64,000 bases of DNA from a bacterium (GTDB lineage: Bacteria > UBA8248). This document shows, one piece after another, positions 30,432 through 40,657 of the stretch. The stretch spans positions 1,376,001 through 1,440,000 of the forward strand of contig OZ241996.1 in assembly GCA_965204535.1 (NCBI GenBank). Reading direction: 5' to 3'. Below the pieces are notes generated by a model. It was given only the letters and a program-made list of their open reading frames with translations. It had not been told where the DNA came from and ran no database searches. The first letter of the stretch is position 1. Each line of letters begins with the position of its first letter. A program made the position numbers and the translations under genes.

Positions 30432-30713
30432 ATGACCGAAAGCAAATGCCCTGAGTGCGAGGCTGAAACGTCCGGCGCCGAACCCTGCCCCGAATGCGGC
30501 GAAGCGCTGGTGGAAAAGCCCGCAGACGAGCGGCCCCTGAACGTCATCGACGCCAAGGCGATCGTCGTGAAAGTCATGTGGGGCACGGGTGCGCTGATGC
30601 TCTGCGGCGGCCTGGGGGCGCTCTCCATCGGCGCGACAAAACCCGCCGTCGGCCTGCTGGGCCTCGGCGGCCTCCTCTTCGCCGGTTCTTACGTTGTCGA
30701 CTGGTGGACTTGA
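30432..30713 (+). CDS. small zinc-ribbon membrane protein, hypothetical
   Basis: RBS aagga, two CPEC motifs, two hydrophobic helices at the C-terminus. Confidence 0.6.
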   Translation: MTESKCPECEAETSGAEPCPECGEALVEKPADERPLNVIDAKAIVVKVMWGTGALMLCGGLGALSIGATKPAVGLLGLGGLLFAGSYVVDWWT

Positions 30714-30826
30714 GGGTTCCGGGTTCCAAACTGGTATCGGAAGATTTAGGATTGAATCATAACTATTCGAATATCCCTTTCGATTTCTTGCAGACCAAGG
30801 AGAGAGAAAATTCACTCCCTCCTAGA

Positions 30827-30992
30827 GGGACCTGTTGAAAAAGCCCCGATTGAATAGTTCGGCGTAGGGGTCAGACATATATGTCTGACTGTGTGTGCTC
30901 CCGTTTTCTGTGTTTTCGTCCAAGCGATTAGGCGGACACATGGGTCCGCCCCTACGTGCCGAGCCTGATTGATGCTGGTTTTTCAACAAACC
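30827..30992. mobile_element. composite element B: MITE-like, terminal inverted repeats enclosing a GTAG-type REP doublet
   Basis: gggacctgttgaaaaagcc ... ggtttttcaacaaacc; internal gtaggggtcagacatatatgtctgac (30864) and ggcggacacatgggtccgcccctac (30931-30955). Confidence 0.7.
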
Positions 30993-31049
30993 TGTCCTGC
31001 AGCGGCATCAACTCCACCTATGACACGGCAAACGGACAGCATTTCGGTT

Positions 31050-31126
31050 TGGTACCCCCGGCAGGATTCGAACCTGCGGCCTACGGATTAGGAATCCGGC
31101 GCTCTATCCTGCTGAGCTACGGGGGC
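31050..31126 (-). tRNA. tRNA-Arg (anticodon CCT)
   Basis: gcccccgtagctcagcaggatagagcgccggattCCTaatccgtaggccgcaggttcgaatcctgccgggggtacca; cloverleaf, T-loop GTTCGAATC, encoded CCA. Confidence 0.95.
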
Positions 31127-31129
31127 GCT

Positions 31130-31657
31130 TCAGTCGTATGTTATCAAAGAGCGCACTGCGTGTGGAGCGAGGCGCTCGCGCCCGTTCAGGAACGCGAGTT
31201 CGATGAGGAAAGAAAAGCCGTGGATGCTCCCGCTCAAGGATTCCACGAGCGAGACGCAGGCGGAGGCGGTGCCGCCGGTGGCGAGCACGTCGTCGGCGAT
31301 GAGCACCTTTGCGCCGGGTGCGACGGCGTCCTTGTGGATTTCGAGCGTGTCCGTGCCGTATTCGAGGTCGTAAGTCGCCTGGGTCTTCTCCCAGGGGAGT
31401 TTCCCCGCTTTTCTCACGAGAGCGAAGCCCGCGCCGAGCTTATAGGCGATAGGCGCGCCGATGATGAAGCCGCGCGCCTCGACGCCCAGGACGACGTCGA
31501 TGCCCTCGCCCATCAAAGGCTCCGCCGCCATGTCCACCGCCGCCTGAAAGGCCTCGGCGTTCTGGAACATGGGCGTGATGTCCTTGAACAGGATTCCTTC
31601 TTTGGGGAAATCGGGCACGTCGCGAATGTGCGCCAGAAGCTGGCTGATGTCCGACAT
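31130..31657 (-). CDS. apt: adenine phosphoribosyltransferase
   Basis: PDFPKEGILFKDIT, EARGF, RKAGKLP, YDLEYG, IADDVLATGGT. Confidence 0.97.
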   Translation of the reverse strand: MSDISQLLAHIRDVPDFPKEGILFKDITPMFQNAEAFQAAVDMAAEPLMGEGIDVVLGVEARGFIIGAPIAYKLGAGFALVRKAGKLPWEKTQATYDLEYGTDTLEIHKDAVAPGAKVLIADDVLATGGTASACVSLVESLSGSIHGFSFLIELAFLNGRERLAPHAVRSLITYD

Positions 31658-31831
31658 GAAAGCTACCTCTCGTGGATGATGAAGTTTTGGCCTCGTATGG
31701 CGTTCATCTGTGGCAAGACAAGAAATCTAGATAGCATTCTCTTTCGGGCGTGTCATCACGTCGTGCGCATAAAATTTCTCTCAAGCGGATGAGCGGACTG
31801 TCGCCGAGCCGCCACCGATCCGCAACCGGCC

Positions 31832-32731
31832 CTACGGCAGATAGGACAGCGGGTTCTTCGGCCGCGTGCGATGGCGGATCTCGAAATGAAGGCGCGCGGT
31901 CTTGAAGCGCGGCGTGCGGCCCGTGCGGGCGATGGGCGCGCCGCGCGAGACGCGCTGCCCCTTGCGCACGAGATTCTCGGCGACGTTGGCGTAGATGGAG
32001 TGATACTCGCCCCCGTGGTGGCGCAGGATGATGAGGCGCCCCAGATTGCCGGGACCGATATCGGAATAAATAACACGGCCGGGAGCAGCGGCGCGGACCT
32101 GGGCGCGCTCGCGGGCGGCGATGAGGATGCCGTCCGTCTTGTGGCTGCCGCTCCTCTTGAAGCGGCGGATCAGGCGTCCCCGAAGAGGCCAGGAGAACCG
32201 GGGCCTCTTGCCGTACGACTTGCGGTGCGTCGTCCTCCGATTCTTCGGGCGGCGCGTTCGAACCGTGTTCTTCGACTTCCCGGATGACTTCCGAATCGGT
32301 TTTGCATACGCCTTTCGGCGCGGGGGCGACTTGCGGGGCCGAGGAGCCGCCCAGCGCGGGCGGCGTTCGGGCGGTTTGGCGCTGACGTTCTTCCGTATGA
32401 GGCGCGCCGTTCTGGCGCCCGGGATGAAGAGCCGCTGGCCGATTTCCAGGCGATCGGGATTGTCGATGCCGTTCAGGACGGCGATCTGCTCGACTTCGAC
32501 TCCGTAAGCGCGCCCGATGCGCCAGAGGTTCTCGCCGCGCTTTACGGTGTGGCGGACCCCGCCGACGCCAAGGCCGCTCTTCGGCGGAGGCGGCAGCGGA
32601 GGTGCGACGAGCGCGCAGCCTGTGAGCAGACAGAGAAACAGGACACAGCCCCTGCGCCGCATCGCGTGCCATGTCCGGAACCTTGATGCGGGAGAAACCT
32701 TTAATATGGGTAGATCCATCTCGTCTCTCAT
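31832..32731 (-). CDS. nlpD: LysM + M23 lipoprotein, NlpD-like (alternative start 32662)
   Basis: Lipobox LTGC, LysM HTVKRGENLWRI, degenerate M23 domain WPLRG ... LHFEIR ... NPLSYLP. Confidence 0.8.
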   Translation of the reverse strand: MRDEMDLPILKVSPASRFRTWHAMRRRGCVLFLCLLTGCALVAPPLPPPPKSGLGVGGVRHTVKRGENLWRIGRAYGVEVEQIAVLNGIDNPDRLEIGQRLFIPGARTARLIRKNVSAKPPERRPRWAAPRPRKSPPRRKAYAKPIRKSSGKSKNTVRTRRPKNRRTTHRKSYGKRPRFSWPLRGRLIRRFKRSGSHKTDGILIAARERAQVRAAAPGRVIYSDIGPGNLGRLIILRHHGGEYHSIYANVAENLVRKGQRVSRGAPIARTGRTPRFKTARLHFEIRHRTRPKNPLSYLP

Positions 32732-33177
32732 GAAGACTCAAGCGCCATCCGCACGGCCTCGCGCGCGCCGGATGCCGGGACGACTCCCGCAGGGCTTGCG
32801 TCGCGTCCCAGGGAGACGACCCGCTTGCCAAGCTTGAGTCCGATGGCGATCTCGGAGAGGGTGCCGTTCGCGCCCGACATGGCGATGAGCGCGTGGGCCG
32901 TCGCCGCGATGATGACGTTGCGGGCATGGCCCATCCCGGTGGCGACGGGAATGTCGATGAACGGGTTGGCGGACCCGGCGTCATACGAGGGCAGGACGCC
33001 CACCGTGAGGCCGCCCGCTTCTTTCGCCCCGCGCGCGGCGGCCTGCATGACGCCGCCCAGACCGCCGCACACGAGCACGGCCCCCGCGCGCGCGATCTCG
33101 GCTCCTGTCTCTTCGGCCAAAGCTGCCGTTTCCGGGTCGGGGTCGGAATCGCCGATGACGCCGATGATGGTTTGCAT
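32728..33177 (-). CDS. TIGR00725-family (LOG/DprA-like Rossmann fold) protein
   Basis: IGVIG, VCGGLGGVMQAAARGA, TGMGHARN, GTLSEI. Confidence 0.88.
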   Translation of the reverse strand: MQTIIGVIGDSDPDPETAALAEETGAEIARAGAVLVCGGLGGVMQAAARGAKEAGGLTVGVLPSYDAGSANPFIDIPVATGMGHARNVIIAATAHALIAMSGANGTLSEIAIGLKLGKRVVSLGRDASPAGVVPASGAREAVRMALESS

Positions 33178-33329
33178 CAGATAATCCCGGGGCGGATGAT
33201 TGTCTTGATTTTATCGAGCGAGCGCGCCTCGTCAAGTGGCAATGCGCGCCGTCGTCACCCAAGCTCCTGTTTCAGGGAGCATCGTCTCGCTGTTCCGCCC
33301 TGCTCTCCCGCCGTTCCAGCACCTGCAAC

Positions 33330-34517
33330 TTATCCCCCTTCGGGAACGATCACCCTCTTGTCGTGCTCCGCAGGCAGGCCGTTATTCAGAGTGTGCAGCA
33401 TCCAGTCGGCGATGGCGGGGTACATGTCCGCGGCCACCTCGCCCATGGGATGGAAGACGCCCTCGTAGAGCCAGAGCTCGCGCGGGCACGTTAAGTGATC
33501 GAAGAACACGTCGATGTCGTCCGGCGTGCAGAGCTCGTCCATGTCGCCCGCCACGAGCAGGTAGTTCGACTTCATCCTGCCCACCAGGGGCAGCCAGATG
33601 CTGTCGCGCTCCTCGACGAACTCGTCGAACGCATCCTCATCGAGGATGTTCGTCATGTACATGTAGATCCGCTTGAAGTTGGGCTGGGCCTGGTCGAAGA
33701 TGATGTCCGAAGGCCCCACGTTCGCCATCTGCCCGACCACGGTGTTGACGCGCTCGTCCTGGGCGGCGATTTCCACCGTCCAGCGGCTGCCCATGCTCAT
33801 GCCCATGATGCCGATTTTCGACGAATCCACCTCTTCGCGTTCGGTGAGCCAGTCGATGACCTTGCTCCCCGCTCGCGCGTAGTTGTGGTGATCCACCCAC
33901 ACCCCGTTGATGTTGCACTCGCCCTGCCCCGGCCCGTCCATGATGGCGAAGTTCATGCCGCGCGCATGGAACCAGTTGTTGTAGGGCAGAAGACCGTCTT
34001 CCTTGATCATGTCCATCCCGGGGATGAGGAGAACGGTGGGCTTGGGCTCGCCACCCTCCTGGGGCCAGTAATAAAAATACGCGTTCTTGCCGGGCTCGAA
34101 TTCCACCTGGTGTTTCTGGATGTCACCGCCCCTGATTTCGCGCATCTTGTCGAAACAGCGCGAAACGCCCGCGTAGTATTCCTTCTTGCGCGGATGGCCG
34201 TCCACGGGGATGAGGTGTTGGCCGCGACCGTAGCAAAGGCCCGCGCGGTTGTAGTGCATGGCGGCGGTCACGCGGTTGCCCGCCTCCTCGGCCACTTTCG
34301 CCTTTTTCTCCTGCAGAGCGGCCTGCTTACCCCACAGGAGCGGGATGGAGCGCCTGCCCGAGACCTTCGAGTAGACGGCTTCCAGGTCCTGATGCCGGAA
34401 ACCCCGCTCATAGCGCGTGCCCATGATGCCGGGGTGAAAAACGTCCTCGTTGTCGGAGAGCTTGAGGAAATTATCGAAAATCCAGTTCTGATTCGCGCGC
34501 GATGCCTGTCGTCTCAT
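33330..34517 (-). CDS. alpha/beta hydrolase, 2,6-dihydroxypseudooxynicotine-hydrolase/FrsA-like
   Basis: PGMDMIKE, DGPGQGE, nucleophile elbow GMSMG, GDMDEL acid, GVFH His. Confidence 0.82.
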   Translation of the reverse strand: MRRQASRANQNWIFDNFLKLSDNEDVFHPGIMGTRYERGFRHQDLEAVYSKVSGRRSIPLLWGKQAALQEKKAKVAEEAGNRVTAAMHYNRAGLCYGRGQHLIPVDGHPRKKEYYAGVSRCFDKMREIRGGDIQKHQVEFEPGKNAYFYYWPQEGGEPKPTVLLIPGMDMIKEDGLLPYNNWFHARGMNFAIMDGPGQGECNINGVWVDHHNYARAGSKVIDWLTEREEVDSSKIGIMGMSMGSRWTVEIAAQDERVNTVVGQMANVGPSDIIFDQAQPNFKRIYMYMTNILDEDAFDEFVEERDSIWLPLVGRMKSNYLLVAGDMDELCTPDDIDVFFDHLTCPRELWLYEGVFHPMGEVAADMYPAIADWMLHTLNNGLPAEHDKRVIVPEGG

Positions 34518-34810
34518 GCCGCTACCTTCTCCTTTCATATAGGTGATGGGGCGAGTTTTTCCCCGCCGTTTTCAAGCAGATATGACGCCGGATTCAGCGG
34601 GCTATCTTCGGGCCAGTAGCCGTTTCAGGTCAACCGCTTCAGGCGGTTCCCGCCAAAGTGATTTTTATCCGCGATTGTATTTGCCGAATCCATTGATTTT
34701 GTGTAGATTCGGCGCTTTGTATTTCCAGAGTGGCGCCGGGAATCGACGCCCGGAGAGAGGCATCGCCTTTACTGCACATCTTTTTCTCGTTACGAAAGAG
34801 GGTTTTGGAA

Positions 34811-36115
34811 ATGACAGTGGAAACAGAGTTGGAACTCAACAACAACGAAACAATCGTCCTGCACGCCGGATACCGCAATGACTCCGCCACGAACGCCGTG
34901 GCCGTACCGATCTACCAGACGTCCTCCTACCAGTTCGACAGCACGGAGCACGCGGCCAATCTTTTCGCGCTGAAGGAGCTCGGCAACATCTACACCCGAA
35001 TCATGAACCCCACCAACGACGTGCTCGAGAAACGGCTGGCGGCTCTCGAGGGCGGCGTCGGCGGCCTCGCCGTGTCCTCGGGCCAGTCGGCCTCGATGAT
35101 GGCCGTGATGAACGTGGCGCGCGCAGGGGACAACATCGTGAGTTCGACGGACCTCTACGGCGGCACGTGGAACCTCTTCGCCAACCAGCTGGACGACATC
35201 GGCATCGAGTGCCGTTTCGTAGACCCCGAAGACCCGGAGAATTTCGTCCGGGCGACGGACGAGAAGACGCGCGCCTACTACGCCGAGACGCTGCCCAACC
35301 CCAAGCTCCACGTTTTCCCGATCCGGGAAGTCTCGGATCTCGGTCGCGAATTGGGGATTCCCCTCATCATGGACAACACGGCGGCTCACGGTCTCTGCAA
35401 ACCCCTCGAGCACGGCGCGGACGTCATCGCCTCCTCGTGCACGAAATACATCGGCGGGCACGGCAACTCCATCGGCGGCATCATCATCGATAGCGGAAAC
35501 TTCGACTGGGAGGCGCACCCCGAAAGGCAGCCCTACCTCAACCAGCCCGACCCGAGCTACCACGGCGCCGTGTGGGCCGAGGCCGTCAAGCCGCTCGGCC
35601 CCATCGCCTACATCATCAAGGCGCGCGTCACGCTCCTGCGCGACTCCGGCCAGGCGATGAGCCCCTTCAACACCTTCCTGTTCTTGCAAGGCCTCGAAAC
35701 CCTGCCCCTGCGGATGGAGCGTCATTGCGAAAACGCCGCCGCCGTGGCGGATTACCTGAATGCGCATCCCAAGGTGAATACCACGATTTACCCGGGTCTC
35801 ATGGACGGAGAATTCCGCCGCCGCGCCGACACGTATCTCAAGGGCGGCTACGGCGGTTTGGTCGGAATCGACCTCACCGGTGGATACGAGGCGGGCCAGA
35901 ACTTCATCAACGCGCTCAAGATGTTCTACCACGTGGCGAACATCGGCGATGCCAAGAGCCTCGCCATTCACCCGGCGAGCACCACGCACTCCCAGCTCAG
36001 CCCCGAGGAGCAGGAGCATACGGGCGTGACGCCGGGCTACGTGCGGCTTTCGATCGGCATCGAGCACATCGACGACATCATCGCCGATCTCGAACAGGCC
36101 CTGGACGTCGCATAG
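34811..36115 (+). CDS. metY: O-acetylhomoserine aminocarboxypropyltransferase (copy 1)
   Basis: AVPIYQT.SY.F, GNIYTRIMNPT, DNT, TKYIGGHG, QGLETL.LRMERH, HVANIGDAKSL.IHPA.TTH. Confidence 0.93.
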   Translation: MTVETELELNNNETIVLHAGYRNDSATNAVAVPIYQTSSYQFDSTEHAANLFALKELGNIYTRIMNPTNDVLEKRLAALEGGVGGLAVSSGQSASMMAVMNVARAGDNIVSSTDLYGGTWNLFANQLDDIGIECRFVDPEDPENFVRATDEKTRAYYAETLPNPKLHVFPIREVSDLGRELGIPLIMDNTAAHGLCKPLEHGADVIASSCTKYIGGHGNSIGGIIIDSGNFDWEAHPERQPYLNQPDPSYHGAVWAEAVKPLGPIAYIIKARVTLLRDSGQAMSPFNTFLFLQGLETLPLRMERHCENAAAVADYLNAHPKVNTTIYPGLMDGEFRRRADTYLKGGYGGLVGIDLTGGYEAGQNFINALKMFYHVANIGDAKSLAIHPASTTHSQLSPEEQEHTGVTPGYVRLSIGIEHIDDIIADLEQALDVA

Positions 36116-36139
36116 CGCATCGCACGGGAAAACGAAAAG

Positions 36140-36170
36140 GAGGCGCTCCTCTCGGGGCGCCTCTTTTTTT
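36140..36170 (+). terminator. Rho-independent terminator after metY copy 1
   Basis: gaggcgctcc-tctc-ggggcgcctc stem followed by T7. Confidence 0.85.
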
Positions 36171-36233
36171 GTGGGGAAAGATATATTCCGGTGACGGCTT
36201 TTTTGCCCGGAGTTTTTCTCACTCGCCTCTTGC

Positions 36234-36541
36234 GGGGGCTGTTGAAAATCCTCTTCCCCTCACCCTGAGTAGCGGCGAAGCCGCGTATCGAAGGGCGCAT
36301 GTCCATTGTAGGGGTCGCATATTATGCGACCCGAGTTTGTCGGTGAAAGGCAGGGCCGCATATATGCGGCCCCTACACCCTCTCGCATCATTCGAAACCG
36401 GAGCACGACGCCGTCATTCCGGCATGCGCCGGAATGACGATCGAAAACCGCCGTCTCTCGCAATGATGGAGGTAAACCGTAGCGGACAGACGAAGAAATG
36501 GACAGACACAAGGGACAGATTTCAGGTTATTCAACAGGCCC
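36234..36541. mobile_element. composite element C: terminal inverted repeats enclosing three palindrome classes
   Basis: gggggctgttgaaaatcc ... ggttattcaacaggccc; inside cctcaccctgagtagcggcgaagccgcgtatcgaaggg (36258), GTAG doublet (36308-36376), cgtcattccggcatgcgccggaatgacg (36412-36439). Confidence 0.72.
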
Positions 36542-36760
36542 ATCCGCTAGTGCATTCTCTGTTGAGTGATCGGAAGGAAAAGAAAATCCAATGTAAAGTG
36601 AATTATCAGGTATTTTATCCAAACGCTGGAAATAATTGATAAAATAACGATTAAAGTGTTTCATGAGGTATTTTCGGGACTTAGTCATCCCCGAGGCAGG
36701 CTTGACCGGGGACAAAGCGCAACAAAGCCCGGGAAGCTGTTCATGCCGCGCAATATGAAA

Positions 36761-36837
<77 letters not shown>

Positions 36838-36871
36838 ACACAAGCCGCGAGACGGCGGATTCGACGTCCGC

Positions 36872-37552
36872 CTATGGTTTCTCCCAGCCGTATTTTCCCA
36901 CCAGTTTCACAAAAACGCAGTTCACCAACTCCTCGGGCGCGAGCATCTGGCCCGACTCCGAGACGCGGTATCTCACGAGGGTCTGCTTCTCCCCCTCGCC
37001 CAGGGGCATGACGATCCGCCCGCCGGGTGCGATCTGCCGCTTCCAGGGCTCCGGCACCTGCGGCGCCGACGCCGCGCTCACGATGACGTCGAAGGGCGCC
37101 TCTTCCGGCCAGCCGTAGGTGCCGTCCGCCGTCCAGAGCATATAATTCGTCAGGCCGAAAGAATCAAGCCGCTCCCGGGCTCTCACCGCCAGTTCGGGCA
37201 CCCGCTCGATGGCGCGGACGGAACCCGCGAGCCTCCCCAAAAGCGCGGTCAGGTAACCCGAGCCCGCTCCGATTTCAAGCACCTTCTCTCCGCCCCTGAG
37301 CGCCAGGGCCTCGAGCGTGGCGGCCACCATATAGGGCTGTGAGATCGTCTGTCCGTGTCCGATGGGCAGCGCCTTGTCGGCGTAGGAGGTTTCGAGAAAG
37401 ATATCGGGCGCGAAATGGTGCCTCGGCACCTCGCGCAAGGCCTCGATGACGCGGGCGTCCGTGATTCCGCGGGCGATGATTTGCCCCTCTACCATCTGCT
37501 CGCGCGCGCGCCGCCGGCGATCCTCCCGGTTGCCGTTTAATGAAAACGCCAA
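36872..37552 (-). CDS. pcm: protein-L-isoaspartate O-methyltransferase
   Basis: [50 protein letters not shown]. Confidence 0.96.
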   Translation of the reverse strand: MAFSLNGNREDRRRRAREQMVEGQIIARGITDARVIEALREVPRHHFAPDIFLETSYADKALPIGHGQTISQPYMVAATLEALALRGGEKVLEIGAGSGYLTALLGRLAGSVRAIERVPELAVRARERLDSFGLTNYMLWTADGTYGWPEEAPFDVIVSAASAPQVPEPWKRQIAPGGRIVMPLGEGEKQTLVRYRVSESGQMLAPEELVNCVFVKLVGKYGWEKP

Positions 37553-38292
37553 GATTCCAGCCCTTTCATCGCGTCGTAGTCCGTGAGATCGAGCCGCAGG
37601 GGCGTGATGGAAACTTGGTGGTTCGAGATCGCCTCGAAGTCGGTATCGGGTTCATCCTCCCACCTGAGGCTGCCTCCCCCTATCCAGTAATATTCACGCC
37701 CTCGTGGGTCGATTTTCTCGACGACGGCCTCTTCGTAGATTCGCTTGCCCTGGCGGGTGATTCTCTCTCCCCGGCACTGTTGCGGAGGAATGTTCGGGAC
37801 GTTGATGTTCAGCAGAACGCCTGGCGCCAGTCCCCTGGATAATACTTCCCTCGCGCCGGCGCGCGCAACTTTTTGCGCCAAGTCGTAGATGAGCTTCTCG
37901 CCATCCTCGTGGGCGAGGGAGACTGCCACCGCCGGGAGCCCGAGCAGCGTGGCCTCCATCGCGGCGGCCACGGTTCCCGAATAGGTGATGTCTTCTCCCA
38001 GGTTTCCACCCTTGTTGATGCCGGAGACGAGCATGTCGGGGCGCTCGTTCTTGAACAGGCCGTTCAGGGCGAGATTCACGCAGTCGGTGGGGGTGCCGTC
38101 CACGGCGAACCAGTTATGCGCCACCTCGTTGATGCGGAGGGGGCGATGCAGGCTCAGGGAATGTCCGGCCGCGCTCTGCTCCCTGTCCGGGGCCACGACG
38201 ATCAACTCCCCCAATGGGGCGAGCGCCGCGTAGAGGGCGCGCAATCCTTCCGAGTCGATGCCGTCATCGTTGCAGAGAAGTATTCGGGCCAT
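37537..38292 (-). CDS. surE: 5'/3'-nucleotidase SurE
   Basis: ILLCNDDG, VVAPDREQS, DGTPTDCV, VSGINKGGN, YSGTVAAA, SITPL. Confidence 0.97.
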   Translation of the reverse strand: MARILLCNDDGIDSEGLRALYAALAPLGELIVVAPDREQSAAGHSLSLHRPLRINEVAHNWFAVDGTPTDCVNLALNGLFKNERPDMLVSGINKGGNLGEDITYSGTVAAAMEATLLGLPAVAVSLAHEDGEKLIYDLAQKVARAGAREVLSRGLAPGVLLNINVPNIPPQQCRGERITRQGKRIYEEAVVEKIDPRGREYYWIGGGSLRWEDEPDTDFEAISNHQVSITPLRLDLTDYDAMKGLESWRFH

Positions 38293-38393
38293 GAGCTTTT
38301 CACATAACGTGCGGGGCGGGTGCATCGCAACGAGTAAGGATTATGGTGCAGCCGGAGCATGAGATCAACGCCGCCGGAGGTTTCGGCTATGGA

Positions 38394-38766
38394 GGGGGCG
38401 TTGAAAAATCCCATCGAGGAGGAAGTGACGCCTGTGCTTCCCCCCGGTTTCGGGTTTTGGCCGTCATTCCGGCGAAAGCCGGAATCCATTTTCGCCTTTG
38501 CCTTTTCGCCTCCTCGTTCGGACGTCTTTACTCCCGGGCGGGGAGGATCGGTATCGAACACAAACACGAAAGGCGAATTCTCTGGATTCCGCATCCGGAC
38601 GCCGCGCAACAACAAGATCGTGGCCGCCCCGCCCGGTGAAAAGTCAAAATGGATTCCGGCTTTCGCCGGAATGACGGCGTTTGTCATGACGCTCCATAGT
38701 TGTCTCTCCCCTCCTCGTTGGCCCCACACGCAGAATCGCGAAATCATGATTTTTTCAACAACCCCC
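38394..38766. mobile_element. composite element D: terminal inverted repeats enclosing a CGTC-type REP doublet
   Basis: gggggcgttgaaaaatc ... gattttttcaacaaccccc; perfect 33-bp inverted pair gccgtcattccggcgaaagccggaatccatttt (38460-38492) / 38646-38678. Confidence 0.78.
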
Positions 38767-38858
38767 TTGTGGAGGGCCTTTCTTTCGGGGCCGTCGCTTG
38801 ATTTAATGAATCTCAGCGATTACAAAGCCGGAACCATGCCATTTTTCGAGGAGCGCAC

Positions 38859-40178
38859 ATGAACGAGGAATCCCGGCCCGAGGAAACGGCCCCGAGAGCA
38901 TTTCATTTTGACACCAACGCCCTCCATGCGGGCGCGCGACCCGACCCCGCCACCGGCGCCAGGGCCGTGCCGATCTACCAATCCACGGGTTTCGTTTTCG
39001 ACGACGACGAACATGCCGCAGGTCTTTTCGCCCTGCAGGATTACGGATACGTCTACACGCGCATCGGAAACCCCACCACGAGCGTATTCGAGGAGCGCAT
39101 CGCCGCGCTGGAAGGAGGCGTCGGCGGGCTGGCGACGGCCTCGGGCCAGGCCGCCCAGTTCGTCGCGCTGTTCACACTGACGAACCCGGGGGATGAAATC
39201 GTTTCCTCCGCCGCCCTCTACGGGGGCACTTACACGCAGTTCGACATCACGCTCAGAAAACTCGGCATCCACACGACATTCGTCGATCCGACGCGGCCGG
39301 AGGATTTTCGGGCCGCCGTGACGGAGAAGACGCGCGTGATCTACTGCGAGACGATAGGCAATCCGGCCACCAACATAGCCGATCTGGAAGCCCTCGCGAA
39401 AATTGCGGAAGATGCGGGCGTTCCTCTCGTCGTGGACAACACCTTTGCCACCCCCTACCTCTGCCGTCCCATCGAATGGGGAGCGGACATCGTTTTGCAT
39501 TCGGCCACGAAATTCATCGACGGGCACGGCACGAGCATCGGCGGCGTCATGGTGGATTCGGGGCGCTTCGACTGGGCGAACGGGAAGTTCCCCGGCATGG
39601 TCGATCCCTCGCCGGGATATCATGGGCTGCGGTTTTTCGAGACCTTCGGCGAACTGGGTTTCCTCATGAAGGCGCGCGCGGAGAGCCTGCGCGACATCGG
39701 GTCGTGCCTGGGCCCGCTCAACGGTTTCCTGTTCGCCCAGGGTCTGGAGACCCTGCCCCTGCGGATGGAGCGCCACTGCGAGAACGCGCAGAAGGTGGCC
39801 GAGTTCCTCGCGGGGGATTCACGCGTCAGTTTCGTGAGCTATCCCGGATTGCCGGACAGCCCCGAATACGAAAGAGCGCAAAAGTATCTGCCGAACGGAC
39901 AGGGCGCCGTTTTTTCCTTCGGCGTCCGGGGCGGATTCGACCCGGCCGTTCGCTTCATCAACGCCCTTCAGCTACACAGCCATCTGGCGAACGTCGGCGA
40001 CGCCAAAAGCCTCATCATCCATCCCGCCTCCACGACGCACGCCCAGTTGAACGAGGAGGACTTGAAGGCGGGAAACATCACGCCCGACCTCATCCGGATT
40101 TCGGTGGGCCTCGAACATATCGACGACATTATCTGGGACCTCGACCAGGCCCTCGATGAGGCGACGAAGAACGCGTGA
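38859..40178 (+). CDS. metY: O-acetylhomoserine aminocarboxypropyltransferase (copy 2)
   Basis: [56 protein letters not shown]. Confidence 0.93.
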   Translation: MNEESRPEETAPRAFHFDTNALHAGARPDPATGARAVPIYQSTGFVFDDDEHAAGLFALQDYGYVYTRIGNPTTSVFEERIAALEGGVGGLATASGQAAQFVALFTLTNPGDEIVSSAALYGGTYTQFDITLRKLGIHTTFVDPTRPEDFRAAVTEKTRVIYCETIGNPATNIADLEALAKIAEDAGVPLVVDNTFATPYLCRPIEWGADIVLHSATKFIDGHGTSIGGVMVDSGRFDWANGKFPGMVDPSPGYHGLRFFETFGELGFLMKARAESLRDIGSCLGPLNGFLFAQGLETLPLRMERHCENAQKVAEFLAGDSRVSFVSYPGLPDSPEYERAQKYLPNGQGAVFSFGVRGGFDPAVRFINALQLHSHLANVGDAKSLIIHPASTTHAQLNEEDLKAGNITPDLIRISVGLEHIDDIIWDLDQALDEATKNA

Positions 40179-40657
40179 TGAAATTTCCCGCATACCAGAA
40201 CCCGCGCACAATTCGCCGTATCCTGCGGAATCACCGCCGCGTGGCGATGGTGGGGCTTTCGGCGAACGAATCGAGACCCAGCTATTTCGTGGGGTACTAC
40301 CTCCAGAGAATGGGTTACGAAGTCATCCCGGTGAACCCGAGGTACGAACGGATACTGGGCCGGAAATCCTACCCCGACGTCGCATCGATACCCGACCCTC
40401 CCGACGTGGTGGACGTGTTTCGCAGGCCGGATGAAATATCGGGAGTGGTCGACGAGGCGATTGAGGTCGGCGCGAAATCGCTCTGGCTTCAATTCGAAGT
40501 GGTGAACGAGGCCGAAGCCGCCCGCGCGCAGGCCGCGGGCCTTCTCGTCGTCATGGACAGATGCATGAAGATCGAACATGGCCGCCTGAGGGGCGGTTTG
40601 CATACGGCCGGCATGAGGACCGGCGTCATCACCAACCGCCGGACCCCGCTTCTGTAG
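40175..40657 (+). CDS. CoA-binding protein (YccU-like), translationally coupled to metY copy 2
   Basis: VAMVGLS...RPSY.V..YL...GY..IPVNP, DVVDVFRR, WLQ, VMDRCMKIEH; GTGA overlap. Confidence 0.92.
   Translation: MMKFPAYQNPRTIRRILRNHRRVAMVGLSANESRPSYFVGYYLQRMGYEVIPVNPRYERILGRKSYPDVASIPDPPDVVDVFRRPDEISGVVDEAIEVGAKSLWLQFEVVNEAEAARAQAAGLLVVMDRCMKIEHGRLRGGLHTAGMRTGVITNRRTPLL

Noticed and set aside
30956-31792. 278-aa plus-strand ORF
   Set aside because: Runs antisense through tRNA-Arg and apt; shadow ORF
34690-34810. SAM-I riboswitch upstream of metY copy 1 (ccagagtggcg..ggga..ccc)
   Set aside because: The kink-turn GAG, GCAACC and P4/terminator elements are not recognisable; an Rfam cmsearch would be needed to revive it
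34790-36067. Long antisense ORFs (also 25790-26887, 33495-34619, 41908-42939, 43384-44559, 47783-48817)
   Set aside because: They mirror well-supported genes and are expected from strong GC3 codon bias; no family motifs
38202-38862. ORFs of 98-181 aa across element D (and similar ones across C, E and F)
   Set aside because: Translations of palindromic repeat DNA with no transposase motifs
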